Origin: an uncultured bacterium
GTDB lineage: Bacteria; Patescibacteriota; Saccharimonadia; UBA4664
Direction: 5' to 3'
Length of the DNA: 64,000 nt
Assembly: GCA_963720265.1 (NCBI GenBank)
Contig: CAVRET010000001.1
Span: 261,916-325,915, forward strand
Position numbers and translations under genes: made by a program. Shown in pieces: positions 30,365-39,398 of this stretch (the first letter of the stretch is position 1; each line of letters opens with the position of its first letter). The notes beneath the pieces are model-generated. The model did no database searches. It was given only the letters and a program-made list of their open reading frames with translations, and was not told the DNA's origin.

Positions 30365-30888
30365 TAGCCGATGACGGCTTCGATGGCGGCCCAGGTGGCG
30401 TCGCCCTCTTCTGGGATTACCATGGTGACCTGGTCACCGGGTTGGGCTTTGAAATAGGTAACGCTGGCGAAGAGTACGTGATACTCCTGGCCGCGGGCTT
30501 CTACGAAGTAGGCTCCGTCTTTGAGGCCGAGCGTGCCAATGAGTTTTTTGCGCTCCACCGGCCCAATCTGTTTGTAAATAAATGTGCCGTCGTCGCCGAT
30601 TATGAGCTTGAGTTGGTCGCCCTGCACGAGCTTAGACTTCGAGGCATAGTTGGCCGGCACCGGATACGACTTGCCGTCTGGGCCAATCATGTGCTGGCCG
30701 TCAAAGCCGCCCTCGATGATCTTGCCGGTCTGGGCGGTAACCGCGGCTTTGGCCTCGGTGGGAGACACAACATCATCCGAGCCTACGAGGCTAGTGAGCA
30801 GTTCCTTGGCTCCGGCCAGGTTCGTCTCAGCCGACTCGATCAGCTTCTTGAGCGTCTTAAGTTGTTTTTCCGTAATATCTGCCACCAC
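30364..30888 (-). CDS. Conserved hypothetical protein (CPR-type)
   Basis: [25 protein letters not shown] motif, translationally coupled to the ITPase gene. Confidence 0.75.
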   Translation of the reverse strand: MVADITEKQLKTLKKLIESAETNLAGAKELLTSLVGSDDVVSPTEAKAAVTAQTGKIIEGGFDGQHMIGPDGKSYPVPANYASKSKLVQGDQLKLIIGDDGTFIYKQIGPVERKKLIGTLGLKDGAYFVEARGQEYHVLFASVTYFKAQPGDQVTMVIPEEGDATWAAIEAVIG

Positions 30889-30988
30889 CGTCCTTTGTCT
30901 TGGTCTTGCATTACTTGGCTCTATTCATACTACGCCTTGCGAACAAAGTCAAAACTGAGAGCCATTTATTACCCGTTTGAGGCTTCTG

Positions 30989-31895
30989 CCCTGAATCTAA
31001 AAACCTAGCCAACTAGAAAACGAGCGGGCGCATACTGTTTCTTGTAAGAGAAAACAAACATGCAACCACTCGCTCTCGAATCACATCATATCGTGGATTT
31101 ATTTGTCGTCATAGACGACGCCGTAGCAGAACCGACCCGGCCGCAGGGTGGCCGGCCAAAACTTGTTCGTGATTCAGAAATCATTACCCTTTTAATCTGG
31201 AATTGTATATCGGATACGCGTCAGCGTACCCTTAAATCCATCTTTCATTGGGCCTTGTTGTACCACCGTCGTGACGTGCCCAGGCTCGGTACATATGGGG
31301 CTTTTGTGGCCCATTGCCACCGTCTTTTGCCTCAACTTCTCGAGCTTTTGGGGCAGATGCTGGTTCCAGCCGAGATCCAGCTAGTAGATTCAACCAGGCT
31401 GCCGGTGTGCCGTAACCACCGGGCCGACAGTTACAAAGTGGCAGCCGGTCTGGCGGGCTGGGGTAAAAACTGGCAGGGCTTTTGGTTTGGATTTAAGTTG
31501 CACGCGGCGGTGGACGTGGAAGGGTGGCTTTCGGCCGTGACCTTTACTCCAGCTGACGTCTACGACGGTCATGTGACGCCCGGGCTGGTACGGCCCGAAA
31601 CTAAAATTGTAGTGGGCGACAGCCATTACGGCGACAAAATCGCCCGGGAAAAGCTTTGGCGCGAGCATGGTGTAGTGGTTGTAGCACCGGTTCATTACCG
31701 GCAAGTTTCTCAAATTATGGCTTCGTGGCAACAAAAACTTCTTGCTGCACGAGTCAAAGTCGAATGCACATTTGACTACTTAAAAGAACATCTGAACTTA
31801 GTTAGTTCATTCCCGCGGAGCAAAAACGGCTATCTGCTCCATTACGTCAGGATTTTGCTGGGCTACCAGATGGGACGGGGTTTTTAGATTCAGGG
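30989..31895 (+). mobile_element. IS982-family insertion sequence, 907 bp
   Basis: Perfect 17-bp IRs (CCCTGAATCTAAAAACC, 30989-31005 and 31879-31895) flanked by a TTCTG direct repeat (30984-30988 and 31896-31900). Confidence 0.92.
31060..31887 (+). CDS. IS982-family DDE transposase
   Basis: VDSTRLPVC, GFWFGFKLH, GDSHY and RVKVECTF..LK motifs. Confidence 0.93.
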   Translation: MQPLALESHHIVDLFVVIDDAVAEPTRPQGGRPKLVRDSEIITLLIWNCISDTRQRTLKSIFHWALLYHRRDVPRLGTYGAFVAHCHRLLPQLLELLGQMLVPAEIQLVDSTRLPVCRNHRADSYKVAAGLAGWGKNWQGFWFGFKLHAAVDVEGWLSAVTFTPADVYDGHVTPGLVRPETKIVVGDSHYGDKIAREKLWREHGVVVVAPVHYRQVSQIMASWQQKLLAARVKVECTFDYLKEHLNLVSSFPRSKNGYLLHYVRILLGYQMGRGF

Positions 31896-31979
31896 TTCTG
31901 ATATTGATTTTATATAGTACTTATGCTATAATATAGCCTGAACTTGAACATATCGACTCGCCTAGAAGGTGGTACTCAA

Positions 31980-32294
31980 ATGAGCGCACTGGCAACCGGT
32001 TACGGCCCGCAGGCGAATCTTAGCCCGCTCGTCGCGGTGCTGGTCGTCCTCGGGATCTTCGCAGTTCTCGCTGTCTGTGACCACCTTTGTGGCGGACAGA
32101 AGGAAAGATACGAGCACTGGCTCAGCAATATTCTCGAACGACGTATTGACGAGGCTATCCTCGCCGTGGCCGCTTCGGGGACCAACGTGGCAAACCTCCT
32201 CGACCAGCAGGCGCGCGACCGGCGAAGCCGACTCCATGCAGAGCCGTACAGGCGCACGCGCGAACTCCTGGCCGGTTATGGCCACATCGTTTGA
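31980..32294 (+). CDS. Small membrane hypothetical protein (solitary unit D)
   Basis: Promoter TTGATT-N17-TATAAT at 31904-31932, hairpin at 32303-32333. Confidence 0.6.
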   Translation: MSALATGYGPQANLSPLVAVLVVLGIFAVLAVCDHLCGGQKERYEHWLSNILERRIDEAILAVAASGTNVANLLDQQARDRRSRLHAEPYRRTRELLAGYGHIV

Positions 32295-32350
32295 TCAAGT
32301 TCAGGACGACGACCGCAGCGCGGCCGTCGTCCTAGAACGCAATTATTCCT

Positions 32351-32388
32351 AACAAAAAAGAAGGCCACTCGGGTCTTCTTTTTTGTTC
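32351..32388 (-). terminator. Bidirectional rho-independent terminator after rplL
   Basis: AACAAAAAAGAAGGCC-ACTCG-GGTCTTCTTTTTTGTT. Confidence 0.8.
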
Positions 32389-32402
32389 TGCTTGCGCGAG
32401 TG

Positions 32403-32834
32403 TTACTGCAGTTCGACGGTAGCGCCGGCAGCTTCGAGTTTAGTCTTGGCTTCGTCGGCGTCAGCCTTGGCGATGTTTTCCTTAACGGCCTTGGGGGCGC
32501 CGTCAACGAGAGCCTTCGATTCCGCGAGGCCCAGGCCCGTGATTTCACGCACAGCCTTAATGACGTTGATCTTCTGGTCGCCGGCCGACTTCAAGATCAC
32601 GGTCGCGGTAACCTTCTCAGGCGCAGCTTCGGCTTCGTCGCCGCCTGCGGCAGGACCAGCAGCCACGGCCACGGCCGGAGCAGCGGCCGACACGCCGTAG
32701 TGGTCTTCGAGCACGTGCACGAGCTCGCTCAGTTCGAGCACGCTCAGCTTGTCGATCTGCTCAACTAACTCTTTAAATTTCTTGGGGATTTCTACTTCTT
32801 TTTTCTCAGTCTTTTCCTCAGTGGCTTCTGCCAT
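32403..32834 (-). CDS. rplL: 50S ribosomal protein L7/L12
   Basis: [27 protein letters not shown]. Confidence 0.98.
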   Translation of the reverse strand: MAEATEEKTEKKEVEIPKKFKELVEQIDKLSVLELSELVHVLEDHYGVSAAAPAVAVAAGPAAGGDEAEAAPEKVTATVILKSAGDQKINVIKAVREITGLGLAESKALVDGAPKAVKENIAKADADEAKTKLEAAGATVELQ

Positions 32835-32855
32835 GATGATTCTCCTTTAGTGATG

Positions 32856-33386
32856 TTACGAACGGGCCTCAGACAGCGCGTTCAGGACGTACATAATAGA
32901 TCGGACGTTAGCGGTCATGACACCGACGAGACCAGACAGCGGGGCGGCAAGGGTGCCGACCAATTGTCCGAGCAATTGCTCACGGGTTGGGAGCGTGGCG
33001 AGGGCTTTCACTTCGGCGGCCGAAAGCAAGTTCCCGTCAGCCGTGATGGCGCCCACGATCTCGAGCGCGTCGTGCTTCTTCGCGTACTGGAAGATCACAC
33101 GGGCCGGTGCAACTTCATCGTCAAAGCCAATGGCAAGCGCCATCGGGCCTTTAAACGAAGCCGGGTCGATGCCTTTTAAGGCCGGGGTGCCAGCGACAGC
33201 CAGGCGCAACAGGGTATTCTTGGTGACCCGGTAAGTCATCCCCTGCTCGCGCAAGTTGCCACGAAGCTCCTCGATCTCACCGACGCCCAAGCCCCGGTAG
33301 TCGGTCATGACGGCCAGTTTGAGGCGGCTTAAGTCTCCGGACAGCTGTTCAACTGCCGATTCCTTGGCCGCACGCGTAATGGCCAT
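32856..33386 (-). CDS. rplJ: 50S ribosomal protein L10
   Basis: DYRGL, VTKNTLLRLA and LATLPTREQLL motifs. Confidence 0.97.
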   Translation of the reverse strand: MAITRAAKESAVEQLSGDLSRLKLAVMTDYRGLGVGEIEELRGNLREQGMTYRVTKNTLLRLAVAGTPALKGIDPASFKGPMALAIGFDDEVAPARVIFQYAKKHDALEIVGAITADGNLLSAAEVKALATLPTREQLLGQLVGTLAAPLSGLVGVMTANVRSIMYVLNALSEARS

Positions 33387-33410
33387 ATGTTGACTCCTTT
33401 GGTTGATATT

Positions 33411-33532
33411 AAAAAACTCTTGGCGCACACCAAGAGACATTGAGAATTCCGTAATGAGCGCGGTTGGGCGCTTTTTGGATACCTCGGTAGCCGAATTTTA
33501 AGCCCGGGATGGGCGGCTACTGTCTATGGTGA
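33411..33532 (-). promoter_or_regulatory. L10 ribosomal protein leader with attenuator
   Basis: AGACAGTAG..TTAA..CTACCGAGG motif, followed by the CTCTTGG..CCAAGAG-TTTTTT terminator. Confidence 0.8.
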
Positions 33533-33607
33533 ACGAGAGAATTGTACGTTATCTGGGGGCTTTGGTCAAGATTTCTCCGAATTAACTCCTTCAAGCGCGG
33601 ATTTACA

Positions 33608-34156
33608 CTAGCTCTGATAAGAATCGTGGTCAAAATACGATCGAAAATCACCAAGTATTTCCGTTATAAAACTTGGTAATGCCAAGGCCGTGACCACGAA
33701 TGTCGAGCGTTTCAAGGGTACCATAGCATTGCCTTTATTTTTGCCTTGGACTTGCTCGTTAAATGTTAGCGGATAGCTGTAAAGCACCCAATCTCTGGAC
33801 TTCAGGTTTAGCTTGTTTGGGTCGATGTCGCCGGTAGCCTTATTGATATCAGCGGCATCATAGTCGGTCACCCAAAGATTGGCCGTGGTTACGACTATTG
33901 GGACAATAACATTGGGTACATCATTTGCTGGAGTCAAGCTGGGCATGTTTTCGATAAGGCCCGGTATAGCCTCATTGGTTTGCTTAATTGCGTAGTACGC
34001 TCGCGAGGCTTTGTCCGCTTGTCGACTAATTCGACCCTCAGTTTCGCTGAACTCAAATACGTTAACAGCGTGCTCGAAGTCCATAGGCGCATCGTATTTC
34101 AGCCCCGGGAAACTATACTGCTGAGTGTAAAAGCTGGCCCCTCGCTTATAGAGACC
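33608..34156 (-). pseudogene. 3' fragment of the IS110-interrupted PD-(D/E)xK nuclease-like gene
   Basis: Frame is open from GGT at 34156 (GLYKRGASFY...) to the stop at 33608 and joins in frame to the 5' fragment. Confidence 0.75.
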
Positions 34157-34383
34157 TAGAATAAGCTGTCAACCACCAAACGTCTTAGCCAAGCTTGAGC
34201 GTAAAACTTTGACGAAGCGACCTATTTGTGCTAAAATATGCATGCTTTGTGGATTACATAAAAGCGCTCATTTAAGCTCTCTGTTATCTTTCACTCCTCC
34301 CATTTGGGAGTTCTGGACATAAATCTATTTGTGTTTGGTGCTCCCTAATGGGAACCCCACCATTCGAGTGATTGGAGTGAGCC

Positions 34384-35043
34384 ATGGTGGAATTCGGTAA
34401 GGTTAAGTTCTTCGACGACCGCGAGGGAAAGCACTACGGCTTCCTGATGGTCGTCGATGCCGACGACAACCCCACTGGCGAGGAGATCTTCTTCCACTAC
34501 AACGACGGCAAGTTCATCAGCTGCCACACCTTCTATGACCGCATAGCGCGTCGTGGGAACGAATCAATCCGCCTGAAGGTGCCCCGAAAGCTCGACAAGC
34601 TCGTCTTCGAGCGTCAGCCGGGCCGAAAGGGCGACAAAGCTTGCCCCTGGAGCTTCGCCAACGAGTGGGACGTTATCCGGTGGCGCGTCGTGCGCGAGGA
34701 CTACTACATCGAGCCGTACCAGGAAGAGCCAGGTAGCACTACGTTCTGCGACAGCGGTTCTAGCTACAAGAGCACTGTCCGTAACGGCTCGACCACGGCG
34801 GATCTCGAGGTCGTCAGCAAGTGGACCGGCGCGGACGTCGGTCTCTACGACGACGAGCAGGACGAGCCGGAAGGCGGCGGAGGTTTCTACGACGGCGCAA
34901 ACTACTGGCTACAAGTCATCCGTGATGGCAACTGGACCAGGGTCGGCATCGTCAAGCCGGCGCGCGACGCCGAAGACGACGAGGTCGATGATGTGAGCCG
35001 CGCCGAGTACGAATACGGCAAGGCCCACGAGATGTATAGCTAG
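34384..35043 (+). CDS. Cold-shock (OB-fold) domain protein with acidic C-terminus; passenger (solitary unit E)
   Basis: GKVKFFD..HYGFL..EIFFHY CSD motifs, promoter TTGACG-N17-TAAAAT at 34209-34237, hairpin at 35055-35108. Confidence 0.75.
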   Translation: MVEFGKVKFFDDREGKHYGFLMVVDADDNPTGEEIFFHYNDGKFISCHTFYDRIARRGNESIRLKVPRKLDKLVFERQPGRKGDKACPWSFANEWDVIRWRVVREDYYIEPYQEEPGSTTFCDSGSSYKSTVRNGSTTADLEVVSKWTGADVGLYDDEQDEPEGGGGFYDGANYWLQVIRDGNWTRVGIVKPARDAEDDEVDDVSRAEYEYGKAHEMYS

Positions 35044-35166
35044 AACAGAGGGCTCCGGGAGGGAGGTCGGCTGAGTGCACCGCGCACTCGGCCGCACTTC
35101 CTTCCCGGCAGTTCCTAAAACCATTATTCGGTTACGAAATAGTGTCGTTAGGTTCTGCCCAATCTC

Positions 35167-36108
35167 TTAAGCAACGTATGGCGTCCCTCGTCTCCAGACC
35201 GCGTGCACTCGGTTGAGGAGCTTTCTTGCAACCACAATGTTGGCTTCGGTATACCGCTTGCCCTCGGCCCGTTTCTTGGCGTACACCGCCTTGAGCGCAG
35301 GGTCGTGCCGTTCAGCGCTAGCGGCCGCCATATAGATTGCTCGACGCAAGTATGGTGAGCCGCGTTTAGTGAGATGCGTATTGCGGTTAAGGCTCGCTCC
35401 ACTTTGCCGGACTCGTGGGTCTAAACCGGCAAAAGCAATGAGCGATTTACCAGTCGGGAATCTGGAAATGTCACCAATCTCGGCTAGGAGCGTGCATGAG
35501 ATGACAACTCCAATGCCTGGGATGGATTCAAGCAGGCTTTTCAGCTCCGGTGCTGCATGCGTGCCGGCCTGGGCCCGAAACACCTCTGAGGCTTCACCGA
35601 GTCGCTGCTCGCAAGCAGCCAATTCAGCAATGAGATCCGCTTCAGCAGGAAGAACGGTGGTTAAGTGGTAACGCATGAGCGTCAGCGCTTGTCGTATGTT
35701 GACGAGTTTTACGCCGGTACGCACCATGGACTTCATTGCTCCAAAGGTCGCCGCTGTCACGAGCGTTCCCTCGCCTTGGGCGGCCACTCGAGCCACAACC
35801 TCAGCGTCGGTAATATCCGTCTTCTTCTTGCGCACGGTGGCCCTCGTGAATTGCTTGGTCGTAATGGGGTTGAGCAATCTAAATGGCACTCCGAGATCCA
35901 AACATATTTGAGCCAGAGGCCGGTGATATTCAGCGGTAGCTTCACTAGCCAGTACCAGATGTTTGTAGCGCCTGCGCAGGCTTTCCACGACTGGCAGAAT
36001 AGCTTCTTTGGTGTTTGCGATTTTGTATTGCTCCTTAACGGCACCGCTTCTATCTATACGAGCTCCAAACAGCATATCTTTGCCCACGTCGAATCCAACC
36101 ACCACCAT
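35167..36108 (-). CDS. IS110-family DEDD recombinase/transposase
   Basis: GFDVGK, SEATAEYH, KTDITDA, SIPGIG, FAGLDP..RQSG and KRGSPYLR motifs. Confidence 0.95.
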   Translation of the reverse strand: MVVVGFDVGKDMLFGARIDRSGAVKEQYKIANTKEAILPVVESLRRRYKHLVLASEATAEYHRPLAQICLDLGVPFRLLNPITTKQFTRATVRKKKTDITDAEVVARVAAQGEGTLVTAATFGAMKSMVRTGVKLVNIRQALTLMRYHLTTVLPAEADLIAELAACEQRLGEASEVFRAQAGTHAAPELKSLLESIPGIGVVISCTLLAEIGDISRFPTGKSLIAFAGLDPRVRQSGASLNRNTHLTKRGSPYLRRAIYMAAASAERHDPALKAVYAKKRAEGKRYTEANIVVARKLLNRVHAVWRRGTPYVA

Positions 36109-36197
36109 GGCAACCTCCTCGAATCTTGTTTATCTATCTGAAAAAGAAAGGAGAGAAGGAAGAGAGGAAAGAACTGGAGATACATGGAGTCCCCTGG

Positions 36198-36344
36198 CTG
36201 TTGGCATACAATTGGCTTGCGGGTGATCTGAGCCACAATGCTCAACCTAGAATAGATTGCCGCTACAACAGGAGGAGACCAGACGCTTTACTGGTGGGCT
36301 TACCGATGGACCCGGTAACCCAAAACAAAAACCGCTGGCTCTCC
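36198..36344 (-). ncRNA. Putative IS110 bridge RNA (target-binding loop 36274-36344, donor-binding loop 36198-36271)
   Basis: Two stem/internal-loop/hairpin modules. LDG TATTCTAGG equals the right-end sequence plus core, and RDG ACCC complements core+GT of the left end. Confidence 0.75.
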
Positions 36345-36361
36345 TTCTTTAGCTTAGACCC

Positions 36362-36757
36362 GTAGGTCTGCTGGGATGATACAAACAAAAACCATGGCGT
36401 TTCTCGGTGATCATTTGACCTATGTGGCTCAAACACCCAGTGCTTAAGTTTTGGATCCGCCTTCTTGCATTCAATTGGGAATACCAAGACAAGTTCAGCG
36501 CGGGAGTAGTCATACATCGGAGCGATTCCAAGGACGTCGATCGCGCCATTAACTATGACCGGGTGAACGCCATAGCTATAGGGGTATTCTCTATGCACCT
36601 TAAATGAGACTGGTTCAGTTTTTCTTAGAAACTCGTAAGTGTCACGTTCGAGAAAAACGCCAGTTCCTATCAGATCTGCCTTGATTTTCTCCATCGCGAC
36701 ATTGGCGCCACCTGACTTGGTTATTGGGGTTTTAGTAGGATCGGAATTTGGTTCCAT
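36362..36757 (-). pseudogene. 5' fragment of the interrupted PD-(D/E)xK nuclease-like gene
   Basis: GVFLE, GAIDVLG and IECKK motifs. The protein-like sequence stops at SSQQTY, at the element boundary. Confidence 0.75.
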
Positions 36758-36765
36758 GCGTTCTT

Positions 36766-38034
36766 TCAAGTTGGTTGCGGATAGTACCAGCTGAGTTTGG
36801 CGGTGAGGATCTTGACCTGAGCCTGGACGTTGGACTCGGAGGCTTGGTTTTGAGCGAAATGGCCGATAAGTGTGCCGAGGTCGTGGGCCTGATCGGCCGT
36901 AAGGCCGCGGCTGGTGAGGGCGGCCGTGCCGAGGCGGAGGCCGGAGGGGCGCCAGGCGGATTTTTGGTCGAAGGGGATCACATTGCGGTTTGTGATGATA
37001 CCGGCTCGCTCGAGGGCGCGTTGGAATTCGAGGCTGTCCAATTCGTCCGGCAGTTTGATTAAGCTAAGGTGATTTTGGCTGGGACTGATGATTTGCAGGC
37101 CGGTCTCGCCTATCCCCTGCTCCAGCGCGTGGTTGGTATCGATGATGGCCTGGGAGTAGGTTTTGAAGTCGCGGTGATCGGGGTAATCGTCTTCGCCTAG
37201 GATTTCGAGCAGGGCCTGGCCGGTGGCGGCGATTTGGTGCAGGTGCGGGCCGCCGGAGGTGCCGGGGAAAATGGTACGGTTTATGGCTTTCATATGCTCT
37301 TCTTTGGCGAATAGCATGGCGCCACGGGGGCCGCGGAAGGTCTTGTGCGTGGTCATGGAGACGAAATCTGCGCCCTCGTCCCCTTTTTTGAACGGCGTGT
37401 CGTGGAGACCGGCGGCTACCAGGCCATTAATGTGGGCAATATCGGCTAGCACTAAGGCTCCGGCTTCGTGGGCGGCTTTGGTGAGTTTGGCGAATTCGTA
37501 TTTGCGCGGGTAGGCGGAGAAGCCCAAGATGACAAGTTTTGGCATGGCCTCTTTGAGTTTCGCCAGATAATCGGCTTCGTCGATTTCGTAATTGTTGGGC
37601 TCGGTTTCCTTCACGTCGTAATTCACGAGTTTGAAGAATTTGAGCCAGTTGGAGGTCGTGTGCATGTGGCTGAGGTGGCCGCCGTTGGGCAGGTTAAGCG
37701 CCATAATGGTGTCGCCGGCTTCAAGCATAGCCAGAAAGACCATGGCATTGGCTGGTGAGCCGGACAGCACCTGGACGTTTACGCCGTATTCGCCGGTGGA
37801 ATCGAAGACCCCCAGGGCCTTTTCCTGCACAAAGGTCTCCATCTCGTCGGCGTGGACGTTGCCGGCGTAGTAGCGCTTGCCGGGTGTGCCTTCGGCATAT
37901 TTGTTCATCCAAACCGAGCCTAAGAGTTCGAGGACTTTGGGTGAAGGATAATTTTCAGATGCAATGAGGTTTAAGGTGTCGCGCTGCTTGGCGTATTCGG
38001 ATGCTGTGAGTTCGAATAAGTGGTTTTCGGCCAT
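36766..38034 (-). CDS. glyA: Serine hydroxymethyltransferase
   Basis: LIASEN, KYAEG..RYYAG, TTHKTFRGPRG and SGLRLGT motifs. Confidence 0.97.
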   Translation of the reverse strand: MAENHLFELTASEYAKQRDTLNLIASENYPSPKVLELLGSVWMNKYAEGTPGKRYYAGNVHADEMETFVQEKALGVFDSTGEYGVNVQVLSGSPANAMVFLAMLEAGDTIMALNLPNGGHLSHMHTTSNWLKFFKLVNYDVKETEPNNYEIDEADYLAKLKEAMPKLVILGFSAYPRKYEFAKLTKAAHEAGALVLADIAHINGLVAAGLHDTPFKKGDEGADFVSMTTHKTFRGPRGAMLFAKEEHMKAINRTIFPGTSGGPHLHQIAATGQALLEILGEDDYPDHRDFKTYSQAIIDTNHALEQGIGETGLQIISPSQNHLSLIKLPDELDSLEFQRALERAGIITNRNVIPFDQKSAWRPSGLRLGTAALTSRGLTADQAHDLGTLIGHFAQNQASESNVQAQVKILTAKLSWYYPQPT

Positions 38035-38097
38035 GATAAATCTCCGTTGGTGGTTTGCTGCTTCGAGTTGGCGGAGACTTACGGGTGCTTCATGCTC

Positions 38098-38601
38098 TTA
38101 TAGCTCCCAGCGCAACGGCTGCGGTAGTTCCTGGTCGGCCATGGATTCAACAAAGACCTCCAGGAATTGGTGGAGCTGGAACTTGGCGTCTTCGTAGTCT
38201 CGAAAAGCGATTTCGGCCACCACGGCCGGATTGCCGCGCACCATGCGAGTGACGCGCCGGCTTGCCAGCTTGGTTTGCTCAGCCATGATCACGACAGGTT
38301 TGCTGGCATGATTGGCCATTTCGATTTCAATACCAACGCCGAGCGACGGCTCGCCGACGTAGGCAACGACGACGCTTGATTGCGAGACGGCCAGCCGGTC
38401 GAGCTGGTCCACGCGCTGGGGGGTGAGGTGAGGATGGAGGCCTGGATCGGAATGCTTGTGCGGCAGATAGGGCTCGATGCCAAATTCGGCGCAGACCGCG
38501 CCCAGCGATTCGTAGAATACACGCAGTTTGGCCCGGCGGTCGGGCCCGACGTCGGTTAAGGGGCCTGCGATGTAGGCTGATCTGCGGTTTGGTTTGGCCA
38601 T
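38098..38601 (-). CDS. Nucleoside 2-deoxyribosyltransferase / RCL-like protein
   Basis: YIAGPL, YLPH, PSLGVGIEIEMA and KPVV motifs. Confidence 0.8.
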   Translation of the reverse strand: MAKPNRRSAYIAGPLTDVGPDRRAKLRVFYESLGAVCAEFGIEPYLPHKHSDPGLHPHLTPQRVDQLDRLAVSQSSVVVAYVGEPSLGVGIEIEMANHASKPVVIMAEQTKLASRRVTRMVRGNPAVVAEIAFRDYEDAKFQLHQFLEVFVESMADQELPQPLRWEL

Positions 38602-38631
38602 GCCCGTTATGTTCCCTTTGTGCTTAATCTA

Positions 38632-39180
38632 TCAGGGACGTCCGGCTTTGTCGATTCGGTAGTGAAGGACGGCTGTGCCGTCGGAGGTGTAGACCTGGGT
38701 GTCGAGGAGGGAGAGGCTGGTGGTTAATCTGCGGTCGAGCAGGCGTACGCCGTCGCCAAATAGTGTGGGCTGCATGCTGAGATAGAGCTCGTCGATGAGA
38801 CCGGTCTCCAGAAACTGCCGGTATATTTGGGTGCCGCCACAAATGAGAGCGCTTTTTACGCCTTCGGCTTCGAGCCGTTCAGTAAGGGCCTTGGGTGCCT
38901 CGCTTGTGGTTTCGATCTCGGCCGGATAGTCGTCTACGGTTTCAGGATGGTGCGTGAAGACGATTAGCCTGCGGTCCGGAATCGATTTACTAAAGGCTGT
39001 AGGGTTCTTTTCGGCTGTCGTGAGAAAGGTGTTGAGCCCCATCACGAGCACGCGAACGTCTTTGGCAAGCCTCAAAAACAGCTGCTTGTCCGAGTTGGTA
39101 GTCCAAGTGGTGGCGAGATGCCCGGCGTCGCGACCGATGTAGCCGTCGGCCGATACGGCGGCCAGAAGGATGAGTTTCAT
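38632..39180 (-). CDS. Dihydrofolate reductase family protein
   Basis: AVSADGYIG, VMGLNTF, ICGGTQIY and IDELYL motifs. Confidence 0.88.
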   Translation of the reverse strand: MKLILLAAVSADGYIGRDAGHLATTWTTNSDKQLFLRLAKDVRVLVMGLNTFLTTAEKNPTAFSKSIPDRRLIVFTHHPETVDDYPAEIETTSEAPKALTERLEAEGVKSALICGGTQIYRQFLETGLIDELYLSMQPTLFGDGVRLLDRRLTTSLSLLDTQVYTSDGTAVLHYRIDKAGRP

Positions 39181-39242
39181 AGTCTTAATGATGCCACAGC
39201 TATTTGACTTTACAAATGCGGGCTCCAGTGCATAATCGGGTT

Positions 39243-39398
39243 ATGAGTACAGAATACGAAGTTGAACTGCAGCCGGAAGGCGATGATCCAGATAGCTACT
39301 ACGGGGAAGAGGATATGGACGCGGGCGATCTCGATTTGAGCTTTCTCGACGACGCCGACAGCGACGAGGATGAAGACGAGGAAAAGCACACGACTTGA
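39243..39398 (+). CDS. Very acidic 51-aa protein
   Basis: CATAAT-6nt-ATG start. Stop overlaps the GT4 start. Confidence 0.6.
   Translation: MSTEYEVELQPEGDDPDSYYGEEDMDAGDLDLSFLDDADSDEDEDEEKHTT

Larger units (their letters stand above)
34155..36361 (-). mobile_element. IS110-family element with passenger gene (2205 bp plus duplicated GG core)
   Basis: Contains the recombinase. Removing 2205 bp between the GG cores (34155-34156, 36360-36361) restores the host ORF. Outward TTGACA at 34167-34172. Confidence 0.8.

Noticed and set aside
34152-36360. AGACC 5-bp direct repeat as a target-site duplication
   Set aside because: Its 2204-bp spacing leaves the host gene out of frame. A GG core at 2205 bp restores the frame and matches the RDG.
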